From the NCBI GenBank assembly GCA_050952625.1, contig JBMNLH010000004.1, positions 32,001 to 96,000 of the forward strand: a DNA stretch of 64,000 nucleotides. Reading direction: 5' to 3'. A program made the translations under genes and the position numbers. The notes under the pieces were generated by a model, which did no database searches, was not told the DNA's origin, and worked only from the letters and a program-made list of their open reading frames with translations. Source of the DNA: Bacillota bacterium (GTDB lineage Bacteria; Bacillota; Ch66; Ch109). Below, in pieces: positions 44,463 through 55,800 of this stretch (positions are counted from its first letter, which is position 1; every line of letters begins with the position of its first letter).

Positions 44463-44876
44463 ATGTCAGAACCGAATTCGGCCGGCATTCTGGTTATTGA
44501 CGATGAATTAGATTTTCTAGATAGCATGCGACGCGGACTAATCATTGCGGGCTACCGAGACATTGTGTTACTCAGCCAACCCTTACAAATTAAACAACTA
44601 TTAAATGAAAGATCTTTCGACGTTGTCTTCATTGACTTATGCATGCCGCAAATGGGCGGTCTGCAGGTCCTTGAATACATTCTATCAACCGCACCACAAA
44701 CCCGGTGCATAATGCTGACAGCCTTGGCTGATGCGCAGATTGCCAGCCGCTCCCTGGAAATGGGGGCTTGGGATTTCTTAACCAAACCGATTTCACGGGA
44801 TAAGCTTATTCGCACTTTAAAACGGGTTTTAGCAGAAGATTCCTTAAAAACATTACCGGCTGAAATTGAATTCTGA
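44463..44876 (+). CDS. Single-domain response regulator
   Basis: LVIDDE, IDLCMP, MLTA, KPI. Confidence 0.9.
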   Translation: MSEPNSAGILVIDDELDFLDSMRRGLIIAGYRDIVLLSQPLQIKQLLNERSFDVVFIDLCMPQMGGLQVLEYILSTAPQTRCIMLTALADAQIASRSLEMGAWDFLTKPISRDKLIRTLKRVLAEDSLKTLPAEIEF

Positions 44877-45168
44877 ATAAGAAAAAGGGGACCAGTTGGC
44901 TGTCCCCTTTGCTTGGCATATTAAACCATGTGAGCATTAGGATTTTATTCGGAAATCACCTAATTAGTCGGCTGCTTGAGGTCGGGCCTTAGCCTGCCCT
45001 CTTTGGCTTCGAGGGCTTTCAAGGCTTTAGCTCGTTTTTCTATCTTTTTGGCGATTATGTAGATTAAGAACAGAAAGAAAAGTTTGGTCATCAATAACAA
45101 ACCGCCAATAAAAAGAAATTTGCTTTGCAGGGAAGTCATCTTTTATCCTTTCCCCTTTACCGTTATGT

Positions 45169-45681
45169 TTAAAGCAGAACCTCTTGCCAATCGCGGGGAT
45201 GCTTAATCCACTTGCCTTTTTTGCCGATCCGAAAGCGGATTGCTCCGATAGCATATAAGGCCTTAAGACTGGCTAGATCTTGCACGATAAACTCGTGCAC
45301 CCCACCTCTAAGCACCAACCGTTTAACCCGTTCTAAGATAAAAAAACCGATGGCCAAACAAACCGCTAGGGCGATTAGCCCGATCTTCCAGCCGAAGTAG
45401 TAAAGGGTCACCAGACCAGGAAGCAAGATTATCCACTGGATATAATTAAACAGCAGTAACAGCTTAAAAAGCGGGTTGTCGGAGATGGTTCGTTCGATTA
45501 ACCATTTCATTGCCTTATTCGCCTGAATGCCTAGCTGAATCTGACCCTCTTCCAGCCTCCTTATTAAACGAAGGTGGCTCCTCTCTTCTGGCGAAAGGTG
45601 GGCTTCTTCCGGATTAAGCTGCTCCGACTGGAGAAGATTATCTGTTGTGGGGGCTGGTGCACCAGGTTGGCTCTGACACAT
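45169..45681 (-). CDS. Hypothetical membrane protein
   Basis: RBS GGGGAG, two hydrophobic helices. Confidence 0.6.
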   Translation of the reverse strand: MCQSQPGAPAPTTDNLLQSEQLNPEEAHLSPEERSHLRLIRRLEEGQIQLGIQANKAMKWLIERTISDNPLFKLLLLFNYIQWIILLPGLVTLYYFGWKIGLIALAVCLAIGFFILERVKRLVLRGGVHEFIVQDLASLKALYAIGAIRFRIGKKGKWIKHPRDWQEVLL

Positions 45682-45887
45682 ATTATATCTCCCCGGTTTT
45701 TAAAACTGGTTTCTCAAACACGATTGTTTTTAAGTTATGGCTTTCCTGCTCGCACGCCACGGCACTTTGTGATCATAATTTCTTTATTTTTATAAGATCA
45801 TTTTTAGATCTGCGTCTAATAATCACATCTGACAAAGCACCCATTTGTCTTAGAATATCATAAATCTAAGCAAGTGAAAAGGAGAAA

Positions 45888-47165
45888 TCACTTGGCTGTT
45901 CTACGCGTTGCTTCGCGGCTATAATTACCCAGCTTAACCCCGGGTAATTCAGCTTGGAGTATTTCAAGGAAGGCCGGGATGCCTAAAGATGGTCCGCTGG
46001 CCGGGGGAACCAGTTTTAAAAAAATTTCTGGATCCAGGTTCAGATTGCGCAGTTGAATCATGGATAAACCAGTTTCCCGCACCAGGTTAAGCAAGGCCTC
46101 GACTTCTTCGTCCCGATCAGTAACCCCGGGAAAGAGCAGCAGGTTTAGGGAAACATAAACGTTCTGCTCCACCGCTCGTTGGATGCTGGTGCGCACTTGA
46201 GCCAAGCCGTAACCCTGAGGCCGGTGATAGCTCTGATATAGGTCCGGGTTAGCACTAATCAAACTTACCCGGAGCGCATCCAGACCGGCGGCACAGATCG
46301 CGGCAATGTTTTCTGGCCGGCTGGCATTGGAATTCATATTAATGGTTCCCCGGTCGGTTTGCTGCCGAATCTGCCGGATTGCCTGGGCCAGTTCTTCCCC
46401 CCGCAGGGACGGCTCGCCCTCACAGCCCTGACCAAAACTGATTATCGCGGCCTCCGCAGTTTCCAGGTGCGGGACGGCTACCTCCACAATTTCGGCCACC
46501 GAAGGCTTAAAGCGAATACGTTGCTGAGGCGAGGGACAGCATTCGGCTGCTTGTTCCGAGATGCAACCGACACAGCGCGCATTACAGGCCGGGGAAACTG
46601 GCAGCCCGGCCTCCCACCGACCATAAAAAAGGTTTTGGGCGGTAAAGCAGGAGTATTCCTGAGCACACCGGGCTAATTGCCGCAAAACGCGGTTTTGGGG
46701 ATACCGACTCAGTTTAGCCCGGACCCGCTCGGTCAACTCCGGCGTATCGTAGTAGCGGGGATTCCAGGTTCGATCCTCGTCCGTCTGCCGGGCCGCTACC
46801 CACAACCGTCCATTAGCTAAACCCACGGCAGCATAACCAAAAAGCGGCAGAGGCTTGGCCTTCTTTTGGGGAAGATAGGCTGGGGTCAGGGTTCGGGTAT
46901 AACCCTGAGGCAGCAGAGCCCCGACCGCCAGAGCCGGTTTTTCCCGACGCTGCCAGGGATCCCTTGTTAAAGCCCTGAATTCCCCGTTGGGATTGATCCC
47001 GATCGGATGCCGTTCGGGCAGCAAGGTTAAGGTAGCTCCCTCCGGCAGAGGAATTACTTCGGCCGCGGTCGGTTCGACCAGTTGCTCACCCAGCCGCCCG
47101 GTCATGGCCCAGCCAGGTTGTTCCAGAACCTGCCCCTGTTCATTGGCAAAAACCATTTCTAACAC
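45888..47165 (-). CDS. Uncharacterised radical SAM protein
   Basis: CNARCVGC, extra Cys (YSCF, CCPSPQ), FGQGCEGEP. Confidence 0.88.
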   Translation of the reverse strand: MLEMVFANEQGQVLEQPGWAMTGRLGEQLVEPTAAEVIPLPEGATLTLLPERHPIGINPNGEFRALTRDPWQRREKPALAVGALLPQGYTRTLTPAYLPQKKAKPLPLFGYAAVGLANGRLWVAARQTDEDRTWNPRYYDTPELTERVRAKLSRYPQNRVLRQLARCAQEYSCFTAQNLFYGRWEAGLPVSPACNARCVGCISEQAAECCPSPQQRIRFKPSVAEIVEVAVPHLETAEAAIISFGQGCEGEPSLRGEELAQAIRQIRQQTDRGTINMNSNASRPENIAAICAAGLDALRVSLISANPDLYQSYHRPQGYGLAQVRTSIQRAVEQNVYVSLNLLLFPGVTDRDEEVEALLNLVRETGLSMIQLRNLNLDPEIFLKLVPPASGPSLGIPAFLEILQAELPGVKLGNYSREATRRTAK

Positions 47166-47470
47166 AGCGAATCAAACTGCCTTTCCAATAACTAACTCTG
47201 TAAGTGCAGAGCGACGAAGTACGCGACGTCCTGTCGTCATTGTACCATAAACCAAGAGGGACCGAATATGCTGCCAACCGCCATGCGCAGATATTAAACC
47301 ATATCGTTAAACCATAAGGGAGATAACTAAACCGAGTTAGACAACCTGTTCCCCTGTCCGGGAATAAAACAAAGGACAGGAAACCTGTCCCCGGGTCCCA
47401 CCTAGAAGTGGGGAGCTTTTGGATTTAAATCAAACAGGGACAGTTAACCTGTCCCCGTGTCTCACGGTGC

Positions 47471-48211
47471 CTATTGGATTAGGCGGGATAGTGGGTCTAC
47501 TGTTCGTCCTTGTTCATAGATCTCAAAATGCAGGTGCGGGCCGGTTGAGCGGCCGGTACTGCCGATTTCGGCGATTACTTTACCAGCAGCTACCGCTTGC
47601 CCTTTACGAACAAGAATTCGCGATGCATGAGCGTACAGCGTCTTACGGCCATCATCATGATTAATGATCACTGTCTGACCGTAAATTGGCCGCCACCCGG
47701 CATAGGCAACTTGGCCTTTCGCCACAGCACGAATCGGTGTCCCTAAAGGAGCCGCAATATCTAATCCATGATGGAATTCATCGTGACGTCCACCGTAATG
47801 CGAAGTAATTCTTCCCACTACTGGCCATGAATAGAGGATTGGCGGCAAATCTCCAGCTGAGTCCAGATCAAAACTGGTTTCTGCCGGGATCCTGAGAACC
47901 TGCCCAATTTTAATGTTATTACAGTCATGCAGGTTATTGGCCTTGGCTAAAGCCAACCAGTCTGCCCGATACCGTTTCGCAATCTGCCATAAGGTATCGC
48001 CGGCCTTGACTCGGTATAGGACCTGTGCCTCCTTTTTAGGATTAGTTAAAGTGACTGATTGGGAACGAACCGCTTGATTTACGATAACCGGTACGGGAAA
48101 ATTTTCTGGTAACAACTTACCCCAAACTGTACTTTCTGACCAGAACAACCCGACCAGAGCCAGGAGAAGGGCCGTCCCCGCCCTTGGCACCAGCCTTCGG
48201 TTTCGGTGCAT
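47471..48211 (-). CDS. LysM + M23 peptidase
   Basis: YRVKAGDTLWQIA, HHGLD, STGPHLHFE. Confidence 0.92.
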   Translation of the reverse strand: MHRNRRLVPRAGTALLLALVGLFWSESTVWGKLLPENFPVPVIVNQAVRSQSVTLTNPKKEAQVLYRVKAGDTLWQIAKRYRADWLALAKANNLHDCNNIKIGQVLRIPAETSFDLDSAGDLPPILYSWPVVGRITSHYGGRHDEFHHGLDIAAPLGTPIRAVAKGQVAYAGWRPIYGQTVIINHDDGRKTLYAHASRILVRKGQAVAAGKVIAEIGSTGRSTGPHLHFEIYEQGRTVDPLSRLIQ

Positions 48212-48324
48212 TTTACCTGATCACCCCATCAAAAGTTTTCCCCGGCCAAGCCAGGGATTCATTCACTATTCTTACATTATTCACCGAAAATTATTCATCT
48301 GTTGGAAAAAGGGGGGATCAGGGC

Positions 48325-48426
48325 AAAATACCCCCACTCCTAAAAGTGAGGGTCGCCTGGTTAAACTTTAGCTGGAGTAGAGTCGCCAGCTGAATCATTG
48401 ATGTTCAGTGAAGCCGGACGAGTTCA
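48325..48426 (+). mobile_element. Family A element, copy 4 (overlaps the rho stop codon)
   Basis: cccccactcctaaaagtgaggg...gctggagtagagtcgccagc...gttcagtgaagccggacgagttca. Confidence 0.65.
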
Positions 48427-49680
48427 GTCCAGTTGAAACACCTTGCCCATGCCTCGAATCAGGTCGCGGTTGGACCGAGTTTTTTTCAAAGCATCCTGCA
48501 AGACTTCCATGACCTCGGCGGCATTCTGCTGAGCAAATCCCCGGCGAAACGCCCAAATCGCATCTAACTCTTCTTTGGACATTAACAATTCTTCGCGTCT
48601 GGTCCCGGAACGTTTAATATCAATCGCCGGGAAGATTCGTTTTTCAGATAGTTTCCGATCAAGAACCAGCTCCATATTTCCCGTTCCTTTAAATTCCTCA
48701 AAAATGACTTCATCCATTCGGCTCCCAGTTTCAATCAGGGCGGTCGCCAGAATAGTCAAACTGCCTCCCTCTTCTATCTTCCGAGCAGCACCAAAAAACC
48801 GCTTGGGTTTGTGCAAGGCAGCCGGATCAACCCCGCCCGACAGGGTCCGGCCGCTGGGCGGCACCACCAGGTTATGGGCTCTGGCGAGACGAGTGATGCT
48901 ATCCAGGAGGACAACGACATCTTTTTTATGCTCGACTAAGCGCTTAGCCCGCTCCAGCACCATTTCCGAAACCTTAACATGGTTTTCCGGCGGCTCGTCA
49001 AAGGTAGAGGCCACGACCTCTCCATTGACTGAGCGCTGCATGTCGGTCACCTCTTCCGGCCGTTCGTCAATTAACAGAACAATCAACTCGACCTCTGGGT
49101 GGTTCTGGGTAATCGCGTTGGCAATCTTCTGCAGAAGAATGGTTTTCCCGGCCTTTGGCGGAGCCACAATCAGTCCCCGCTGTCCCATGCCCAGCGGTGA
49201 GATTAGATCAATTATCCGAGTGGAATATTCCTCTGGCTTGGTTTCTAAATTAAAACGATCTTTCGGATAAATCGGGGTCAAAGCCTCAAAACCAACGCGG
49301 AGCGCGGTTTGCTCCGGCGAAAAGCCGTTAACGGACTCTACCCGCAGCAGGGCATAAAACCTTTCATTATCTTTGGGCGGCCTTACCTGACCCGCTACCT
49401 GATCACCGGTCCGCAGATCAAACCGTTTAATTTGGGAAGGTGATACATAGATATCTTCATGACTGGGCAGGTAAGCGAAGGGGCGCAAAAAACCGTATCC
49501 ATCAGGCAAGATTTCCAAGATTCCTTGGGCAAAGAGCAGACCATCCTTTTGAATCTGGGCCTTCATGATTTCAAAAATAAGTTCCTTTTTCCGGAGTCGG
49601 GAATAACCGATCAGATTAATGTCCTTAGCTATCTGATACAATTCCGAGACAGTTTTGTTCTCAAGATCTGAAATATTCAC
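48424..49680 (-). CDS. rho: Transcription termination factor Rho
   Basis: [33 protein letters not shown]. Confidence 0.99.
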   Translation of the reverse strand: MNISDLENKTVSELYQIAKDINLIGYSRLRKKELIFEIMKAQIQKDGLLFAQGILEILPDGYGFLRPFAYLPSHEDIYVSPSQIKRFDLRTGDQVAGQVRPPKDNERFYALLRVESVNGFSPEQTALRVGFEALTPIYPKDRFNLETKPEEYSTRIIDLISPLGMGQRGLIVAPPKAGKTILLQKIANAITQNHPEVELIVLLIDERPEEVTDMQRSVNGEVVASTFDEPPENHVKVSEMVLERAKRLVEHKKDVVVLLDSITRLARAHNLVVPPSGRTLSGGVDPAALHKPKRFFGAARKIEEGGSLTILATALIETGSRMDEVIFEEFKGTGNMELVLDRKLSEKRIFPAIDIKRSGTRREELLMSKEELDAIWAFRRGFAQQNAAEVMEVLQDALKKTRSNRDLIRGMGKVFQLD

Positions 49681-50193
49681 AAAACTAAGATATCCTCCTT
49701 TTCAGATTGCTGGGGATTACTGTAATCATGATATCAACCTTCTTCTCTTATTAGCTGGAATGAGATAAAGACAATAAGGTAAACCGCAAGGACAGCGAGG
49801 AAGTTAATCTGCAAGAATTCGTTAATAATTTACACAAATTAACTGATGGAGGGGAAATCTGTCTCAGGCGTTTAAAATTATATAACACACTCTAGGATAA
49901 CCATAATCCCATAAACATAAACAGTCGATTATGCCTGCTTATGCTGCCGCGACGGTTGGTCTAGTTTTTAACGTGCTTTCAGTCTGTAGCAATCATGGAT
50001 GTTATAAGAGAGGAAAGTTTACGTTCTAGCGGAAAAGGCTGTCCGGAAGCACTTATCCAACATCAGCCAATCGGGTAGGATTAAGCGAAGTTAAGAAGAC
50101 GTCTTGCAATCATCTTAAATGCTTACTGGTTGCTTCTTATTCAGGCTGCGCCGCATCCCAACAACACTCGATACGGCACAGCCCTAAAATCTC

Positions 50194-51168
50194 TTAAAAC
50201 CGCTTCGGTCCAATATAATTTGGCTTCTTGTCAAAACGGTGGATTGCCTCAATAAACCGGATCGTCCCGGTAAGGCCACGCATAACGACAGTGTGAGTCT
50301 TAGCCGTATTACCTAGATACCGCACTCCGCGCAAGAGGTCGCCATCAGTAATTCCCGTAGCGGCGAAAATCACATCTTCACCCTTAACCAGATCATCCAT
50401 GGTTAATAAGCGCTGAACATCAGAAATTCCCATGGCTTTAGCCCGGGCTACATCCGCTTCATCTTCGGGCCAGAGACGCCCTTGCATCTCTCCCCCCACA
50501 CACCGCAGGGCAGCGGCGGCTAATACTCCTTCCGGGGCTCCACCAATACCCATCAATACATCAACCCCGGAATCCTCAAAAGCCACGGCCACCGCTGGGG
50601 AAACATCTCCATCAGTAATTAGCTTAATTCGCGCTCCAGCCTGCCGTACCGCTTTGATTAGTTCCTGATGGCGCGGCCGGTCCAGAATAACGACCGTCAG
50701 ATCCTGGATATCCTTGTCTAGTGCCTTAGCTACTGCGCGCAGATTGACCTCCGGGGGGGCGTCCAGGTTGATCCGTCCCACGGCCTTCGGGCCAACGGCG
50801 ATCTTGTTCATATACATATCCGGGGCATGCAAGAGGCAACCCCGCTCAGCCACGGCCAGGACCGAAATAGCCCCAGTCAAACCTTTGGCGACTACGTTGG
50901 TTCCTTCCAGAGGATCTACCGCCACATCGACGCTAGGTGGATTCCCAGTGCCCAGCTTTTCGCCAATATATAGCATTGGTGCCTCATCCATTTCGCCTTC
51001 ACCAATTACGACAATTCCATCAATTTGTACGGTATCAAAAACAATCCGCATGGCTTTAACCGCAGCATCATCAGCTGCTTCTTTATCTCCCCGGCCCATC
51101 CAACGGCCGGAAGCCAGGGCAGCGGCCTCGGTCACCCGGGCAAACTCTAAAGCCAGTTCTCTCTCCAT
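50194..51168 (-). CDS. glpX: Fructose-1,6-bisphosphatase class II
   Basis: [24 protein letters not shown]. Confidence 0.97.
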   Translation of the reverse strand: MERELALEFARVTEAAALASGRWMGRGDKEAADDAAVKAMRIVFDTVQIDGIVVIGEGEMDEAPMLYIGEKLGTGNPPSVDVAVDPLEGTNVVAKGLTGAISVLAVAERGCLLHAPDMYMNKIAVGPKAVGRINLDAPPEVNLRAVAKALDKDIQDLTVVILDRPRHQELIKAVRQAGARIKLITDGDVSPAVAVAFEDSGVDVLMGIGGAPEGVLAAAALRCVGGEMQGRLWPEDEADVARAKAMGISDVQRLLTMDDLVKGEDVIFAATGITDGDLLRGVRYLGNTAKTHTVVMRGLTGTIRFIEAIHRFDKKPNYIGPKRF

Positions 51169-51369
51169 TCCTCGGCGCACCCGCATCATAAAGCCTCCCT
51201 ATAAAAGTACCACCAGATCTTCAGTCCGCCATTGGTGTTGATAGCATCAAACGCATTCCCTATACCTATTCCCCACCAGTAGTACCTTTTCCTGCCGGCT
51301 GCCCGGAAAACTAAGAAAAATTTTAGCAAAAACAACTGGAACACCCCGGGTTTAAGGCGCGAGGAAGTG

Positions 51370-51978
51370 TCAAGTCCCCGATCGGGCGGCAATTCCATAA
51401 AAGATAATATCTACTGCTTGCTCCGCCAAGTTTTTGACATCCACTTGTTGATTCTCAAAAATAATTGGGTAACAGAGAGCACCGATAATTCCAGCGATAA
51501 TGTGCGCCATGAACCGAGGATCAATATTCCGAATTTGCCCCTCATGTTTTTGTTCAGCTATCAAACTGGCCAGTTTTGCGACCTTTTCCTCCCGTTGGGA
51601 CATCAGCCACTGGCGCATTTCATCGTTAATTGAAGTATGATCGCCAAAAATAATCTTAGCCAGATCACGGTATTGGGCCGTGAACTGGAGGTGCAGCATA
51701 AACATCCATTTGAGCCGTTCTCGCAAATTGCTTACTTCTTCCAATTTAGAGAAAAGACTCTCCGAGTAGAGAGTTAACCCGGCTTTAATCATCTCCTGAA
51801 ATAGTTCTAATTTACTGGAAAAATACTCGTACACGGTTCCTTTACCCACGCCTGCCCGAGCAGCAATTTCCTCCATTTTCGCTTCATGAAAACCTCGCTG
51901 CGAAAACACCGCTACCGCGGCCTCAAAAATCAGAATACGTTTATCCTTTTCTACTCGAGGCTGTTCCATTGCCTGCAT
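51370..51978 (-). CDS. TetR/AcrR family regulator
   Basis: IAARAGVGKGTVYEYFSSK. Confidence 0.93.
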   Translation of the reverse strand: MQAMEQPRVEKDKRILIFEAAVAVFSQRGFHEAKMEEIAARAGVGKGTVYEYFSSKLELFQEMIKAGLTLYSESLFSKLEEVSNLRERLKWMFMLHLQFTAQYRDLAKIIFGDHTSINDEMRQWLMSQREEKVAKLASLIAEQKHEGQIRNIDPRFMAHIIAGIIGALCYPIIFENQQVDVKNLAEQAVDIIFYGIAARSGT

Positions 51979-52081
51979 AACCGTTGCTGTCCCGCCTTTC
52001 AGAAATATTTCCTGGGTCACGTGGGACACAGGGACAGGTTTTCTGTCTCGGGTAGTCTACTAGTCCGTAAATATTAACGCT

Positions 52082-52835
52082 TGTGTTTTAACTCGGTCAG
52101 CAAGCTAGACTGGGATCGAACCTCGTTGCTTCGGGCAGGCATCAAACTCGCCCTTTGGGCTCAAACAAAGATGCCTGCTGATCCTCAGCTGCCTCGGTTC
52201 TTTAATGTAAACCGCCAATCGCTGACCTCCGTTAAAACACGGCGCGTTTGATTTTTTCTCGGTCAGCAAGCTAGACTGGGATCGAACCTCGTTGCTTCGG
52301 GCAGGCATCAAACTCGCCCTTTGGGCTCAAACAAAGATGCCTGCTGATCCTCAGCTGCCTCGGTTCTTTAATGTAAACCGCCAATCGCTGACCTCCGTTA
52401 AAACACGGCGCGTTTGATTTTTTCTCGGTCAGCAGGCTAGACTGGGATCGAACCTCGTTGCTTCGGGCAGGCAGCAAACTCGCCCTTTGGGCTCAAACAA
52501 AGATGCCTGCTGATCCTCAGCTGCCTCGGTTCTTTAATGTAAACCGCCAATCGCTGACCTCCGTTAAAACACGGCGCGTTTGATTTTTCTCGGTCAGCAG
52601 GCTAGACTGGGATCGAACCTCGTTGCTTCGGGCAGGCAGCAAACTCGCCCTTTGGGCTCACGGCCTGCGACCCAGCGCCCGGCGAAACCGCCACGCTGCC
52701 CCGTCCGGCGCGTGATCTCGGTCGCGCAGCGGGTCGCCCGGCTCGGGCGGCTCCTCGCCCTTGGGCTCCGAGCCGCGCCCAGCGCCTCGGCAGTAAACCG
52801 CCAATCGCTGACCTCCGTTAAAACACGGCGCGTTT
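52082..52835 (+). repeat. Tandem array of the 166-bp family C hairpin (5 units, part of units 4-5 A/T-stripped)
   Basis: Unit starts at 52092, 52258, 52424, 52589; duplicated ORFs in the track are offset by 166. Confidence 0.95.
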
Positions 52836-52862
52836 GTCGTATTTGCACGCTGCATAAGTTAT

Positions 52863-55800
52863 TTAGCCTACTGACTCACTTTGGGGCTGAGCACCAGTAC
52901 CGGCCCCGGTCAATCTTCGCCGCAACCGATTCTTCACGCGGTCTCCCAGGTCGTCGAACAGGGTATAGACAACCGGCAACAAGACCAAAGTTAAAACCGT
53001 GGAGACCGTCATGCCGCCAATTACCACGATCGCCATCGGAGCCTGGGCTTCAGCCCCCTCGCCAATACCTAGAGCTAAAGGAAACATGGCTAGGATTGTG
53101 GCCATCGCGGTCATCAAGATTGGCCGCAGCCGAACAGGCCCGGCGGTGAGAATCGCTTCTTTTCGTTCCATGCCCCGACCCCGCAAAGTATTAATATAGT
53201 CCACTAACACAATCCCGTTGCTGACCACAATCCCGGCCAGCATAATCAGGCCGATAAAGGCCGGCACGCAGAAGGTTTTCCCGGTTAAGACCAGACCTAA
53301 AATCACCCCGATAATTGAAGTCGGCATGGTGAACATGATGACAAAGGGATACAGGAATGACTCATACTGCACCGCCATCACCATGTAGACCAGCAATATG
53401 GCTAAGGCCAGAGCATACGTCAGGTTTTGAAAGGCGTCAATCATCTCTTTGTTGTAACCACCAAACTCAATGGTGTAGCCGGGCGGTAACACGATGTTCC
53501 GGCAGCGGGACTCGATCTCCTCGTTCACGCTCTTTAAGTCTCGACCCACAATATCCCCGACCACAGTAACCACCCGGACCTGGTTTTCGCGCTCAATCGT
53601 CGTAGGCCCCACGCCATACGATAAGCGGGCGACTTGCTTAAGCATTACCGGGGCCCCGCTTGGGGATTGAATAACCAGGTTTTCCAGGTCGCTAAGATTG
53701 GTCCGAGATTCTGGTCGCAGTCGTACCCGGATATCAACCTCTTGATCATTTGTCCGGTACCGGGTTGCTACTTGACCTTCAACCGCTGTCTTCACCGTGG
53801 ATGAAATCTGCAGGGCCGATAGACCATAAACAGCTGCTTTCTGGCGGTCGACCAGGACCTGTACCTCTGGGGAACCCGAACTAAGCGTGGTGTCAATCTC
53901 GCGGGTGCCGGCTACCTGCCGGGCCTCAGCCGCCACTTTTTCAGCCAATTCTTTTAAAATGTCCAGGTCATCTCCCTTGATGGCTATGCTAATCGGCGAA
54001 GTGCCGCCCATGCCGTGCATCATTGGGTCACTAACTGAGACCTCTATGTTGGCCCTCGGCAGTCTCGAGAGCTGATCCCGGATGTCATCGGCCACTTCAC
54101 TAACACTCCGTTTACGCTCAGCTAGCGGAACCAGCGTGACCCGAATCTGGGCAGTATCTGTCTGAGTGCCGAACTGCCCCATCATCGTGCCGATCGATCC
54201 CACACTGGTAAACACCCCCTCTACCTCCGGGATCTGGTTTAAGACTGCTTCCACTTGCCCGGCAACCTGATCGGTCCGCGCTAAGACGGTCCCTTTATCC
54301 AGCTCAATGCTCACAGCGATCTCGCCGCTATCCATGCCGGGGAGAAACTCGGCCCCAATCAGGGGAATGAGGGCCAAACTGCCGACCAGCATTACCGTTA
54401 TCCCGAGGATGATGGTTTTTCGGTGTCCCAGGGCCCATTTCAGCACCCGCAGGTAAACAGTATTCAAGTAATCGATCAGCTCACCCCAGCGATTGAGCAG
54501 GCGACGATAACCCCGTTGTTGGCGCGGGTCGGCCGGGTCATCCACGGTCAGCATTTTGGAGGACAGCATGGGCACCAGGGTTAAAGCAACCAGGAGCGAA
54601 GAAAAGATCGCAAAAGAAACGGTCAGGGCCAAATCCCGAAAGATCTCGGCCGAAAGTCCCTCGATAAAGACAATCGGTAAAAAGACCGCCATCGTCGTAA
54701 AAGTGGAAGCCATAACCGCGTTTCCGACTTCACTAGCCCCCAGCCGAGCTGCTTCATACAGACTGTACCCATCCTTACGGTACCGATAGATACACTCCAG
54801 CACCACAATTGAGTCATCCACCATCCGGCCAATCCCTAAAGCTAACCCTCCCATAGAGACCAGGTTAAAGGTTATCCCGGCAAAATACATTAAAATGAAA
54901 GTCGAGATAATGGACAGGGGAATCGCTACGGAAATAATAAAAGTGCTGCGGATATTTCTGAGAAATAAGAAAATAACCAAAACCGCCAGGACTGCCCCTT
55001 CCACGGCACTCCGCTGCACGGTGCTGATGGACTGGTTGATAAACTGGGATTGGTCGAAACTATACTCAATCTCAATGTCCTGGGGAAGCCGAGAGCGGAG
55101 CTGGTCAATCTCCTGTTTCAGCTTATCCACGATTTCGACCGTATTGGCGTCGGATTGTTTTTGAATGTGAATCCCAATGCTAGGCTTGCCATTCATGCGC
55201 GTAAGCTGGGTCTGGTCCTTAAACCCATCCGTCACCTCAGCCACATCCCGCAGATAAATGGTGTTCCCGGCCATGGATATCAGCGGCAGATTACGGATTT
55301 CCTCGATGCTTTCAAACTCAGCCAGGCTGCGCACAAATAATTTTTTCTGGGCATCGGTTACTTCGCCGGCCGACTGGTTAAAGTTATCGCTGCGCAGCAC
55401 CTGGGTAACCTGGGCCAGGGATAACCCGTAGTTCTGGAGTTTAATCGGATCAAGCTGCACCTGAACTTCGCGGGTTAATCCCCCGGTGATGGTGACTGAA
55501 GCAACCCCGGGAATTCGCTCCAGGGTGCTTTTAAATTCCTCTTCAGCGATCGTTTTGAGCTCTACCAGATCCTTGGGCCCACTCATCCCGATCTGGACGA
55601 TCGGCATCATTGATGGGTCCATCTTGACTACCGTAGGGGTATCCACCCCATCCGGCAAATACCCTTTAATTAAATCAACCTTTTCCCGAATCTCCAGACC
55701 GGCAAAGTCCATGTCTTTGCCCCAGTTAAATTCGACCAATACCATGGAAGTGCCGGCCTGGGTCGATGAATAGATATTCTTCACGTCGCCAATTGTCCCG

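Noticed and set aside
49700-50190. Structured ncRNA upstream of rho
   Set aside because: Only one hairpin after glpX and a pyrimidine-rich leader compatible with rho autoregulation; no family recognised.
52661-52792. Foreign high-GC insertion
   Set aside because: It is the array repeat with A/T bases dropped, not new sequence.
52082-52835. CRISPR array or repeated 68-aa peptide genes
   Set aside because: Units are near-identical with no unique spacers and no cas genes; the ORFs lack an evident RBS and simply follow the repeat.
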